64,000 bases of DNA, from assembly GCA_022769625.1 (NCBI GenBank), contig JALEJP010000055.1, positions 4,701 to 68,700 on the forward strand, given 5' to 3'. Positions 10,501 through 19,139 of the stretch are shown here, piece by piece. The notes beneath the pieces are model-generated. The model searched no databases. It worked only from the letters and a program-made list of their open reading frames with translations, and was not told where the DNA came from. The position numbers and the translations under genes were made by a program. The stretch comes from Lachnospiraceae bacterium (GTDB taxonomy: Bacteria > Bacillota > Clostridia > Lachnospirales > Lachnospiraceae). The stretch's first letter is position 1. Each line of letters begins with the position of its first letter.

Positions 10501-12749
10501 GTTCCCTGCGCAATGACATCGTTTGCAGTCAGCGCATATTCGCCCTGCGCCACATCGGCCACATCCACCGGCACCATGCCGCTGTAACCCTGAAGGATTG
10601 GCTGCATGCCAAGCCTGCGCATGATCAGCTGATTCTTCCTCGCAAGCTCTGTTCTTTCCTGAAACCAGGAATCATGAACCGGACCACCGTACCCGGAAAG
10701 GTTTGCCATATAGGCCCATGCATAATATGCAGGACCTGCAATGTAATCTTTGATGGAAGCATGGTCATAGCCCAGTTCACATAAAAATTCTCTCCATACC
10801 TCCTCCTGTCCTGTGATATCCAGAACCAGGTTGACTCCGTTCAGGGCCAGCCAGTCAAGTTCCTTTCTCCACTCATCCTCACCCCAGAATGCCATGGAAT
10901 AGGACATGGTACAGTAATTGTACGCATAGCGCACCGGAACCTTACATTCTTTATGGATCTTTGTCTCTACCGGAACGATCCGTGCCGGCATCTTTACCTG
11001 ATTCCCCACCTGTGTAATACTCACATTACAGAAATATTTCAGGTAATAGTTCAGACCGGTGGCAAGAGATACCCCGTCATTTCCGGTAATTTTAATTTTC
11101 CCGGCCTCATCTTCTATTTCATAATAGTCATATCCATTGTCCGCCTCCGGTCCAAGTTCAAACCGGAACCAGTCCACGTAATCCTCTCCTATATTCCGGC
11201 TGACAATTCCCTTTACTTCATCAATCGTATCCTCCTCTGTCACTTCCCGGTTGTACCTGGAAGACGCATAGGAAACAGGTGCCTCAAACTCTGCCTTCTT
11301 AGCCTCACCTGTCTTTTCCCCGAGAATCCGGATCTCATTGAGCACTGCTTTTTCACTGGCAGAATGATATTCCAGGAGAATACGTACACTGCAGGCCGGA
11401 ACTTCTTTCGCATCATACGACTCACCTTCTGCCGGACAGGATGTCTGATCTGTCTTCTCTGCAAGCTTTGTATAATTCTGCCCGTCTGTACTGTAATAAA
11501 GAGAATACTGGGAGTATCCATTCGATGGCATAAAAACCTGGATTTCTGAAAGCCTGTATTCCCCTTCCAGATCCAGGTCAATATAAGCCGGATACTGTGC
11601 CGCGGACCAGGTATTTTTCGTATTTCCATCCACAATACGTTCCAGCGTGGACTGGCTGTAATTGCTGTGCAGTGACGTGCTGCCCCAGACAATATTCTGA
11701 GTATCTGCCTCCACGATGGTTGCCTTGTTTGCCAGAATCCGGAATTCCGAAACCTGTGGTATCGTGGTCTGCGCCGCATTGTTTTCTGCTTCAAAAACAA
11801 CCTTTACCGACTCATATTCCAGCTCTTTTGCATCTGCCGCAAGATCCGAAACCGCAATCTCCTTTTTTGCATCCGATGATGCGGTCCCAACCGTCCCTTC
11901 TGCAAACGGCTCCGCCTGGTAGGCTGATTCCTTCTTTGTTCTGCCATACAGCCGGTAACGGTACACCGCTTTGGATTCATCCTCTTTCATGGCGATCACA
12001 AACTGACGGATCTTCTGATCCACACCAAAGCTCACTTCCGCAAAGGACTGTCCACCCTGCGCAAATGTCCTGGTATTCAGAGAAGCAGCCGTGTTAAAAT
12101 CATCGTCTGTCAACTTTGCTTTCTCTGAAGACGCATTCACACTGGCATCCAGAGTAACTGATTTTGCCCTGGTATGCGCAATGTTTTCCAGTACCACTTC
12201 TTCCTCTGCCCCTTCATCAATGTAAATCTCCGCTTCCGCAAGCGCCGGCCAGAAAGCACCTGCCGTCCCGTTATTTTTCGGGTTGGAAAGTACAACGTAC
12301 AGATGGGACATCGCCTGAGGCTGCGTGAACTCAAAGGTATATCCCTCATCAAAAGCTGCCGTCTTATGTGAACCTTCCACATCCACCAGATCACTGGTCA
12401 CATTGTTCAGCGCATATTTAAGTGCCACATCCATGCTCCATGGGGTATGGCCCGATTCAAATTTCAGCACAACCTTTTTGACACATTTCGTGTTGTCCTT
12501 CGGAAGTGCAAATTCAATCTGACAGGGCCAGTCCCCTCCGTTGTTGACCCACAACGTCGAGGCGTCTCCATCCACCAGATTGGATGCCGGTTTGCCGGAC
12601 TGTTCACTTGGAACCGTAATGGTACAGTTTTTGGCGATATTTACCAGTTTCCCTGCTGTCTCCGCCGTTGCCTGCAGCGGAACTGATGCGACGATCAGCA
12701 GAAGCATGATCAGCAGACTGATGCTTCTTTTCCAAAACTTTCCTTTCAT
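7590..12749 (-). CDS. secreted multi-domain alpha-N-acetylglucosaminidase (GH89) with F5/8-type-C (CBM32-like) modules, 2 Big_2 modules and a BspA-type LRR C-terminus
   Basis: Signal peptide MKGKFWKRSISLLIMLLLIVASVPLQATA. NAGLU-like core (YYLKYFCNVSITQVGNQ, NYCTMSYSMAFWGEDEWRKELDWLALNGVN, AGPAYYAWAYMAN). Three discoidin-like blocks (NLVDGDASTLW, RIVDGNTKNTW, NVLDGSSATIW), Big_2 repeats, and an LRR_5-like lysine-rich tail. Confidence 0.85.
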   Translation of the reverse strand: MKGKFWKRSISLLIMLLLIVASVPLQATAETAGKLVNIAKNCTITVPSEQSGKPASNLVDGDASTLWVNNGGDWPCQIEFALPKDNTKCVKKVVLKFESGHTPWSMDVALKYALNNVTSDLVDVEGSHKTAAFDEGYTFEFTQPQAMSHLYVVLSNPKNNGTAGAFWPALAEAEIYIDEGAEEEVVLENIAHTRAKSVTLDASVNASSEKAKLTDDDFNTAASLNTRTFAQGGQSFAEVSFGVDQKIRQFVIAMKEDESKAVYRYRLYGRTKKESAYQAEPFAEGTVGTASSDAKKEIAVSDLAADAKELEYESVKVVFEAENNAAQTTIPQVSEFRILANKATIVEADTQNIVWGSTSLHSNYSQSTLERIVDGNTKNTWSAAQYPAYIDLDLEGEYRLSEIQVFMPSNGYSQYSLYYSTDGQNYTKLAEKTDQTSCPAEGESYDAKEVPACSVRILLEYHSASEKAVLNEIRILGEKTGEAKKAEFEAPVSYASSRYNREVTEEDTIDEVKGIVSRNIGEDYVDWFRFELGPEADNGYDYYEIEDEAGKIKITGNDGVSLATGLNYYLKYFCNVSITQVGNQVKMPARIVPVETKIHKECKVPVRYAYNYCTMSYSMAFWGEDEWRKELDWLALNGVNLVLDITGQEEVWREFLCELGYDHASIKDYIAGPAYYAWAYMANLSGYGGPVHDSWFQERTELARKNQLIMRRLGMQPILQGYSGMVPVDVADVAQGEYALTANDVIAQGTWCSFQRPYMLRTNSDAYDKYAALFYECQQNVYGDVTDYYATDPFHEGGNTGNMNTSDVSSSVLDSMIEFDADAVWVIQAWQGNPSAGLVNGLNGRKEHALILDLYAEKTPHWSDSSYSGGKEFQNTPWVYCMLNNFGGRMGLHGHMDNLVNGVVDAANNSKKLTGIGITPEGSQNNPVLYDLLFETVWCEDASGDLTRIDTEEWLKKYVTRRYGAESENAYQAMRILENTVYKASLNMLGQGAPESYINARPAESISAASTWGNAVISYDMAELEKAAELLLEDYDMLQESDGYQYDLADILKQVLSNASQKYHKQMVNACRAKDLAAFTEASEQFLALIDEVEAVLGTREEFLFGTWVERAKALAEGADDFTKELYEFNARALVTTWGSYPQAVSGGLKDYSNRQWAGLTRDFYKQRWMMWIDQKKAELNGESTKAINWFEFEWAFARANTEYTSQASGADLESLGWEVLENFSSVDRSPAADDSDDYPAGDMIVTAGSQETSSETTPAENVLDGSSATIWHTRWSSGSDSSSYDSHYLIFELKEETEITGLRYLPRQDSSVNGIVTGYEISVSTDGIHYTKAAEGSWEQDSAWKLAAFEAPQAARYVKFSVTQAGTNQAGKCFSSAAEVRLKVPHQVILVKNVALTAKVTELTPGETVKIHAKVTPSNADHPELIWSSSNPSAASVDESGMVTAKAAGVAVIRAQASDGSGVYGEIAITVKATAPVKVEHIILTAGKTELTVGETMKIEAKVTPEQAENRLLDWSSSNPSAASVDESGTVTAKAAGMAVIRAQAADGSGVTGSIVLQIKAQAVLPPKPELPKKGDKLEKGGFRFQITAFDASVRTVKVLGISGKKKSRLTIPDQITINGYNCTVTAVAPKAFAKNTKLTQVTIGKNVKTIGKQAFAGCTKLKKVTVKGKSLSSVGSQVLKGMSKKGRLYVPKTKYNVYKKLLQKKGKLPKQIKIIKK
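8067..8576 (-). repeat. tandem duplication of a Big_2 module inside the GH89 gene
   Basis: Two ~82-88 aa units (..SSSNPSAASVDESG[MT]VTAKAAG[VM]AVIRAQA..). An identical 43-nt stretch occurs at 8163-8205 and 8427-8469, a 264-nt period. Confidence 0.8.
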
Positions 12750-12934
12750 TTCATAAAACCCTCCATACCTTTTCTGTTTTACCTGATACTACCTCTTCAT
12801 TCTATCAGATTCCCGTATTATTTCATAGTATTCACCTCCATAAATTTTCAGGGGATGATCCCGTTTTCCATCTGCAGAACAGATTTCGAAATCATCCCCT
12901 GTCCATCTTATTTTATCCAAACCGGAATTCCCTT

Positions 12935-13837
12935 TTAACTGAACAGTCCCTGAAAGAAATTTACAATTGCGTCAATGATCCTCGTCAGGAAATTTCCCAC
13001 ACTCTCTGTATCTACATGAAAATCCAGACTCTCCAGTTTCTCATACAGCTCCTTTGCCTGCTCCTTCAACTGATTGACATCCAGATCGAGCCCTTCGATT
13101 TTTGACATCAGCTCCGCAATTTTTTTCTCATTTTCTTCAGAAAGTGTGATGTCAAGTTCAGAGCACGCCTGCTGTACCACCTGACGGATATCATCCACGC
13201 TCTTGATGTTGTTCTCTGCCACCTCCTGCTTGACCAGTGCCATCAGCTCCTCCGCTTTTTCGGAATCACCGATCTCCTCCACAAGCTTTCCGGTCAGAAC
13301 AAGCTCATTGTTCGCAGCATCCAGATTTTCCTCCGGCACTTCCTCACCCGTCATCGTTTCATAGGCTTTGATGGCACCCACAAGCGCCGCTGTCCCGGAA
13401 ATGGAATAGGGACCTGCCACGGTAATATCTGCATCCTCCACTCCTGCCGTCAGCAATGCATTCCGATACATTCCTTCCGTACAGTAAGAAATATTTTTTG
13501 TGGTGACATGAATTCCATTTCCCTCCTCTTTTCCCACAACCAGAACTGAGGAGAGTGCCCTTGTCCCAATGACCGAAGCATCCAGATATTCATCCAGATA
13601 TTCATGTTCATCCGCGTTGGTGACGGTGATGATATCGTAATCATCCACATTGATATCCTCAAGGCCCAGCAACGACAGCACCGTCATCTGCTCCTTTGCA
13701 CTTAAGTCCGCCCCCAGTGCCAGATAAGGCTTGTCCAGAACAGCGTCCACACGGTCTGCAAAAGCCGTCACGCCTGATGACAGAAACACCGCTGCAGACA
13801 TCAAAAGTGCCATACCTTTCCCTTTTCTATTCTTCAT
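12935..13837 (-). CDS. DUF1002 domain-containing secreted protein
   Basis: Signal peptide, then DKPYLALGADLSAKEQMTVLSLLGL, the characteristic DUF1002 start (from memory). Confidence 0.7.
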   Translation of the reverse strand: MKNRKGKGMALLMSAAVFLSSGVTAFADRVDAVLDKPYLALGADLSAKEQMTVLSLLGLEDINVDDYDIITVTNADEHEYLDEYLDASVIGTRALSSVLVVGKEEGNGIHVTTKNISYCTEGMYRNALLTAGVEDADITVAGPYSISGTAALVGAIKAYETMTGEEVPEENLDAANNELVLTGKLVEEIGDSEKAEELMALVKQEVAENNIKSVDDIRQVVQQACSELDITLSEENEKKIAELMSKIEGLDLDVNQLKEQAKELYEKLESLDFHVDTESVGNFLTRIIDAIVNFFQGLFS

Positions 13838-13854
13838 GATAAATCTGCCCCTTT

Positions 13855-14784
13855 CTATTTGATCCTTGCCTCAATCCATCCCAGGATATCGCTGTAAACT
13901 TTCTCCCGGTCCAGTTCATTGAGTATCTCATGACGATCTCCGGGATACAGCCGCAGATCCACATTTCGCATACCGGATTCCTTAAAATCCGTATACACCT
14001 TCAGCACACCTTTTCCATTTTTTCCAACCGGATCCTGGGCTCCGGAAGTAAAGAGCACCGGAAGTCCTTTTGGCATATTGGAAAGATAGTCTGCAAAGGT
14101 AAGCTTATACAGTCCCAAAAACATATTGTAGTACGCATTCAGGGTAAACATAAACTGGCAGCGCTCATCTGCAATATAATCATCCACGATTTTCTCATCC
14201 TTTGTGAGCCAGTCCCGGTCTGTCCTTCTTTTTTTCTGGCTGAGTGCATAACCGCCAAATGCCAGGGAATCAATCAGCCGGCTGCGGTAACGCCATCCCT
14301 TCGTTTTTGCCATGGTTTTCGTCAGAGTCATTCCGGCCAACACCTCCGCTCTTGGATGGTAACCGGTTCCCATGATAATCGCCCCGTTAAGCCCTCTGCC
14401 GTAACCACAGAGATACTGTCTTACCAGAAAAGATCCCATGCTGTGCCCCATCAGGAAATAGGGAACATTCGGCCATGCCTCCTCTGTCATACGGCGCAGC
14501 CTGTGAATATCCTTGATCAGCACAACATTTCCGTTTTCTTCTGCAAAATATCCATAATCCTCCTTTGTCCGGATGGATTCTCCATGTCCCAGATGATCAT
14601 TGCCCGTCACCAGAATCCCCTGTCCGGCAAGATAAGCGGCAAATGCATCGTAACGCTCCACAAACTCTACCATGCCATGAGATATCTGCAGAACTGCCCG
14701 GATCTCCCCTTCCGGAATCCAGCGCACCGCATGGATAAGCGTCGCATGATCATTGGACAAATACGTAAAATGTTCTTTCTTCAT
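13855..14784 (-). CDS. alpha/beta hydrolase (lysophospholipase / monoacylglycerol-lipase-like)
   Basis: HG..E oxyanion region, nucleophile elbow GHSMGS, and a C-terminal D..H. I prefer the ATG at 14784 (MKKEHFTYLS) to the track start 14820. Confidence 0.8.
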   Translation of the reverse strand: MKKEHFTYLSNDHATLIHAVRWIPEGEIRAVLQISHGMVEFVERYDAFAAYLAGQGILVTGNDHLGHGESIRTKEDYGYFAEENGNVVLIKDIHRLRRMTEEAWPNVPYFLMGHSMGSFLVRQYLCGYGRGLNGAIIMGTGYHPRAEVLAGMTLTKTMAKTKGWRYRSRLIDSLAFGGYALSQKKRRTDRDWLTKDEKIVDDYIADERCQFMFTLNAYYNMFLGLYKLTFADYLSNMPKGLPVLFTSGAQDPVGKNGKGVLKVYTDFKESGMRNVDLRLYPGDRHEILNELDREKVYSDILGWIEARIK

Positions 14785-15071
14785 ATGAATCAACCCCTTT
14801 AAAAATGCAATCTGTTTCATATTCTCCCTTCCCCCAGTATACAGGAGGTTTGTCGGATGGACAAGAGGCTTTTTCTTATCTTTTTCCTACGTTTCCACAG
14901 AAAAATGGCTGCTTGCTCATGTTTTGCGGGATCCATATGGATCGAATTTTACACAAACAATCGTAGTTTTTCGATTTTTTTCAGCGTTTTACCTTGTTTT
15001 TCGACACTCTGCGTGTTATGATATCTGCGAGCTGGCATGATCGCTATCACATACATCAGAAAATGCCTGTC

Positions 15072-15107
15072 AAAAAGCGGACGTTTTTCATCGAACGTCC
15101 GCTTTTT
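15072..15107 (-). terminator. intrinsic terminator after rsmA (symmetric A/T flanks)
   Basis: AAAAA GCGGACGTT tttcatcg AACGTCCGC TTTTT, a 9-bp stem lying 19 nt past the rsmA stop. Confidence 0.8.
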
Positions 15108-15125
15108 CTGCCTTATCGTATTTTC

Positions 15126-16001
15126 TTATTCTATCTTTTCCTTATCCGCAAGAATATCTGCCAGCACTGCGAACTGTCCAAGCGTCAGGGCTTCCCCTCT
15201 CACGCTTGGAGATACGCCAAGCTGTCCGATTGCTGCCTGAATCTGCTCTTTTGATGCGTGAATTTCCGGCGAATTATTTAATCCATTCTGCAAGGTCTTC
15301 CTTCTCTGATTGAAGGATGCCCGTATAATCTGGAACAGAAGTTTTTCATTTTTCACCGTTACCGGCGGGTTCTCGTGAAGTGTCAGTCGGATGACCGCAC
15401 TGCCCACACCGGGTCTTGGCATAAAGCAGTTGGGCGGCACGTTTGCCACAATATATGGTTCCGCGTAGAACTGCACAGCCAAAGACAGGGCACCATAATC
15501 CTTGGTGCCAGGACCTGCCTGCATCCTCTGGGCCACCTCTTTCTGAACCATAACGGTGATGCTTTTCACCGGAACATGACTTTCAAACAGTCCCATGATA
15601 ATGGGCGTGGTGATATAGTAGGGCAGATTTGCCACCACTTTGATTGGCTTTCCCCCATTATAATGTACCGCCAGCTCATTGATATCCACTTTCAGTACAT
15701 CTTCATTGATCACCGTTACATTGTCATAATCAGCGAGCGTTTCTTCCAGAATCGGTATCAGATTCCGGTCAATCTCCACAGCCACCACCCGACCGGCAGC
15801 CTCTGCCAGATACTGTGTCATCGTTCCGATTCCCGGCCCGATCTCCAGTACACAGTCGTCCTTTGTGATCTCTGCAGACGCAATGATCTTGTTCAGCACA
15901 TGCGCATCAATCAGAAAATTCTGTCCAAATTTTTTCTGAAAAGCAAACTCATATTTCCTGATGATCTCTATGGTCTTCTGGGGGTTTGATAATTTTTCCA
16001 T
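15126..16001 (-). CDS. rsmA: 16S rRNA (adenine1518/1519-N6)-dimethyltransferase
   Basis: KKFGQNFLID, VLEIGPGIGTMT and NLPYYITTPI motifs. The ATG at 16001 has GAGGAA upstream; the track start is 16019. Confidence 0.9.
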   Translation of the reverse strand: MEKLSNPQKTIEIIRKYEFAFQKKFGQNFLIDAHVLNKIIASAEITKDDCVLEIGPGIGTMTQYLAEAAGRVVAVEIDRNLIPILEETLADYDNVTVINEDVLKVDINELAVHYNGGKPIKVVANLPYYITTPIIMGLFESHVPVKSITVMVQKEVAQRMQAGPGTKDYGALSLAVQFYAEPYIVANVPPNCFMPRPGVGSAVIRLTLHENPPVTVKNEKLLFQIIRASFNQRRKTLQNGLNNSPEIHASKEQIQAAIGQLGVSPSVRGEALTLGQFAVLADILADKEKIE

Positions 16002-16037
16002 ACGCAGCCTGTTCCTCATTTCGAATAGTTTCTTGGT

Positions 16038-16808
16038 TTACTCCGCAATATGATACATGCGCTTTGCATTTTCACAGGTTACACGCTCCACCTCTTCCGC
16101 GGAAATGCCTTTGATCGACGCAATCATCTCGATCACATAGGAAATATACGCAGAACGATTGCGTTTTCCCCGGAAAGGAACCGGTGCCAGATACGGACAG
16201 TCCGTCTCCGTAAGCATCTGAGAAAGCGGTACATATTCGACCACCTCTTTCAGAACTCTGGCATTTTTAAAGGTCACCACGCCTCCAACCCCAATGTAAT
16301 AGCCCAGATTCAGATAATCTCTGGCCATCTCCTTCGAACCGGAGTAACAGTGGATCACACCCCCTGTACTGCCTGCGTGCTCTGCCTTTATGATGTCAAA
16401 GGTATCCCTGGCCGCCTCCCGGCTGTGCACAATGATCGGAAGCTTTACTTCTTTTGCAAGGGAAAACTGCCTGGAAAACCATTCTTTCTGAAGACTGTGG
16501 GACTCCTTGTCCCAGTAATAATCCAGACCGATCTCACCTACCGCAACGGTCTTCGGAAGCTTGCAGAGCTCTTTTAACCAGTCCATTTTCTCCTCATCCA
16601 GATCACCCACATGATCCGGATGAACTCCCACTGCTGCATACACATGCGGAAAACGCGCCGCAAGCTGCGTGCTTTCTTTTGCTCCCTGCAGGCTGGCTCC
16701 CACATTCACAATATATCCCACGCCATTTTCCCGCATACGGGTCAGCAGTTCTTCTCTGTCTCCATCAAATGCCTCATCGTCGTAATGGGCATGACTGTCA
16801 AAAATCAT
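16038..16808 (-). CDS. tatD: TatD family metal-dependent hydrolase
   Basis: MIFDSHAHYDD..., GEIGLDYYW, and an HSREA-type motif (VHSREAARD). Confidence 0.88.
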   Translation of the reverse strand: MIFDSHAHYDDEAFDGDREELLTRMRENGVGYIVNVGASLQGAKESTQLAARFPHVYAAVGVHPDHVGDLDEEKMDWLKELCKLPKTVAVGEIGLDYYWDKESHSLQKEWFSRQFSLAKEVKLPIIVHSREAARDTFDIIKAEHAGSTGGVIHCYSGSKEMARDYLNLGYYIGVGGVVTFKNARVLKEVVEYVPLSQMLTETDCPYLAPVPFRGKRNRSAYISYVIEMIASIKGISAEEVERVTCENAKRMYHIAE

Positions 16809-16827
16809 AGGCTCCTCGCTTCTTTTC

Positions 16828-18783
16828 TCAGCAGATCTCTGCTCCGGACGGCATCTTTTTCTCCGGTACCATCAGAGAGAGTTCCCCGTTCTCATCCTCC
16901 GCACACAGCAGCATGCCTTCGGACAGTACACCGGCAAGCTTTGCAGGTTTCAGGTTTACAAGCACCATAACTTTTTTGCCCACCATCTCCTCCGGTGAAT
17001 AGTGAGATTTGATGCCGGATACGATCTGTTTCACCTGGCTGCCGATCTTAACCTGAGAACACAGAAGCTTTCTTGATTTCTTAACTGCTTCACAGGCGAT
17101 GATCTCACCCACCTGGAACTGCATTTTTTCAAAATCATCGAACGTGATCTCTGCCTTTGGCTCCAGATCGATCACATTTTCCGCAGGCTCCTCTGCCTTT
17201 TCTTCCTGTACCGGGTGAAGCTGTGCCACTTTTTCCAGAACTTCATTTACATTCATACGGGCAAACAGAATTTCCGGTTTCTCTGTCACCCGGCTGCCGG
17301 ATTCATACAGCCCAAACTGGTCCATATCCGCCAGATCACGTTTTTTCGCGCCAAGCTGTGTCAGGATCTTTTCCGAAGTTTCCGGCATAAAGGATTCCAG
17401 AAGCACCGCTCCGATACTGATGGATTCTACCAGATTGTAAAGAACGGTGGCCAGTCTGTCCTGCTTCGTCTCATCCTTTGCCAGGGCCCACGGCATGGTC
17501 TCATCGATGTATTTGTTACAGCGCTTGAACAGTGTGAAGATCTCGGTAATGGCATCCGCAACGCGCAGATTTTCCATTTTCTCTTCCACCTTCTTCGGTG
17601 CTGCAAGCACGACAGCTTTCAGGTCCTCATCCACCGGCTCAGCGGCCTTTTTATCTGCCACAACACCGCCGAAATATTTGTTTGACATGGATACCGTACG
17701 ATTTACCAGGTTTCCCAGGGTATTGGCCAGATCGGAATTCATGCGCTCCACCATCAGCTCCCAGGTGATCACACCGTCATTTTCAAACGGCATCTCATGC
17801 AGTACAAAGTAACGCACCGCATCTACGCCAAAGAAATCAACCAGCTCATCCGCATAGAGCACATTCCCCTTTGATTTGCTCATTTTGCCGTCCCCCTGCA
17901 GAAGCCATGGATGGCCAAATACCTGCTTTGGCAGCGGAAGATCCAGCGCCATCAGGAAGATCGGCCAGTAGATGGTATGGAAACGGATAATGTCCTTTCC
18001 GATCAGATGCAGATCTGCCGGCCAGTTCTTTTTAAACTGCTCCGTGCTGTTTCCGTCACAGTCATAGCCAATGCCTGTGATGTAGTTGGTCAGCGCATCC
18101 AACCACACGTAGGTCACATGCTTCGGGTCAAAATCCACCGGGATACCCCATTGAAAGGAGGTACGGGATACACAGAGATCCTGCAGACCCGGCAGAAGGA
18201 AATTGTTCATCATCTCATTTTTACGGGAAACCGGCTGGATGAACTCCGGATGGGTGTTGATGTGCTCGATCAGACGATCCGCATATTTGCTCATACGGAA
18301 GAAGTATGCCTCCTCCTTGGCCGGCTGCACCTCACGTCCGCAGTCCGGACATTTGCCGTCCACAAGCTGGGATTCCGTAAAGAAGGACTCACACGGTGTA
18401 CAATACATCCCCTCATAATGTCCTTTATAAATATCCCCCTGGTCATACAGCTTTTTGAAAATCTTCTGCACCTGCTTTTCGTGATCTGCATCGGTGGTGC
18501 GGATAAACTTATCATAAGAAGTATTCATCAGATCCCAGATTCTCCTGATCTCTGTGGATACCTCATCCACGAACTCCTTCGGTGTAACGCCTTTCTCCTG
18601 CGCCTTCAGCTCAATCTTCTGACCATGCTCATCCGTTCCAGTCTGGAAAAAGACGTCGTAGCCCTGCTGTCTTTTAAAGCGTGCAATGCTGTCCGCCAGC
18701 ACGATCTCGTAGGTATTTCCAATGTGCGGCTTGCCGGATGTATAGGCAATCGCAGTTGTCATATAAAATTTCTTTTTCTCCAT
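16828..18783 (-). CDS. metG: methionine--tRNA ligase with a C-terminal tRNA-binding domain
   Basis: HIGN (GKPHIGNTYE) and KMSKS motifs, a Zn knuckle (CPDCGR), and a Trbp111-like C-terminus. ATG at 18783 with RBS GTGAGGAAG. Confidence 0.92.
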   Translation of the reverse strand: MEKKKFYMTTAIAYTSGKPHIGNTYEIVLADSIARFKRQQGYDVFFQTGTDEHGQKIELKAQEKGVTPKEFVDEVSTEIRRIWDLMNTSYDKFIRTTDADHEKQVQKIFKKLYDQGDIYKGHYEGMYCTPCESFFTESQLVDGKCPDCGREVQPAKEEAYFFRMSKYADRLIEHINTHPEFIQPVSRKNEMMNNFLLPGLQDLCVSRTSFQWGIPVDFDPKHVTYVWLDALTNYITGIGYDCDGNSTEQFKKNWPADLHLIGKDIIRFHTIYWPIFLMALDLPLPKQVFGHPWLLQGDGKMSKSKGNVLYADELVDFFGVDAVRYFVLHEMPFENDGVITWELMVERMNSDLANTLGNLVNRTVSMSNKYFGGVVADKKAAEPVDEDLKAVVLAAPKKVEEKMENLRVADAITEIFTLFKRCNKYIDETMPWALAKDETKQDRLATVLYNLVESISIGAVLLESFMPETSEKILTQLGAKKRDLADMDQFGLYESGSRVTEKPEILFARMNVNEVLEKVAQLHPVQEEKAEEPAENVIDLEPKAEITFDDFEKMQFQVGEIIACEAVKKSRKLLCSQVKIGSQVKQIVSGIKSHYSPEEMVGKKVMVLVNLKPAKLAGVLSEGMLLCAEDENGELSLMVPEKKMPSGAEIC

Positions 18784-18829
18784 CGTATCTTCCTCACTTT
18801 CCATTGATTTCAAAGGGAATCACCTGAAT

Positions 18830-19090
18830 AAAAAAACTGCCTTCCCATATGAGAAGACAGGCAATACCCGTGATACCACTTCACTTTACCGTTTCCTCAC
18901 GGAACCGGCCTCACCAAGTGTGCCAATACACACTCACCCGCTATAACAGGCGGAACCTGTCGCAGCCTTGCCCGGAAGGTTCGGTGCGCCGCTTAAGAGC
19001 CATCTTCAGTCTGTCCCTGTACATTCCTCTCAGCATACGGAATCTCTCTGTAATACAAAAAACAGACTTACTCTCTCCATCCCTGCATTT
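18830..19090 (-). promoter_or_regulatory. T-box leader (Met specifier) with terminator, controlling metG
   Basis: On the minus strand: GAGAGAGTA start, CAGAGAG/GCTGAGAG stem-I motifs, a specifier loop GAAG-AUG-G (AUG = complement of 19001-19003), T-box sequence AGTGGTATCACGGG (18867-18880), then terminator CTGTCTTCTC atat GGGAAGGCAG + U7 (18830-18862). Confidence 0.85.
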
Positions 19091-19139
19091 CTTTTATGAA
19101 AAATCACTGTTCTTACCCTAACATATCAAAAGATTTCTG

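Noticed and set aside
12849-12901. An 11-bp inverted repeat (CAGGGGATGAT ... ATCATCCCCTG) with a 31-nt loop, downstream of the DUF1002 gene.
   Set aside because: It might be that gene's terminator, but the loop is long and no U tract follows on the minus strand. I could not support a confident terminator or riboregulator call.
13930-14802. A 290-aa plus-strand ORF.
   Set aside because: It lies antisense to the alpha/beta hydrolase, which has a clear GHSMGS nucleophile elbow. It is a shadow ORF.
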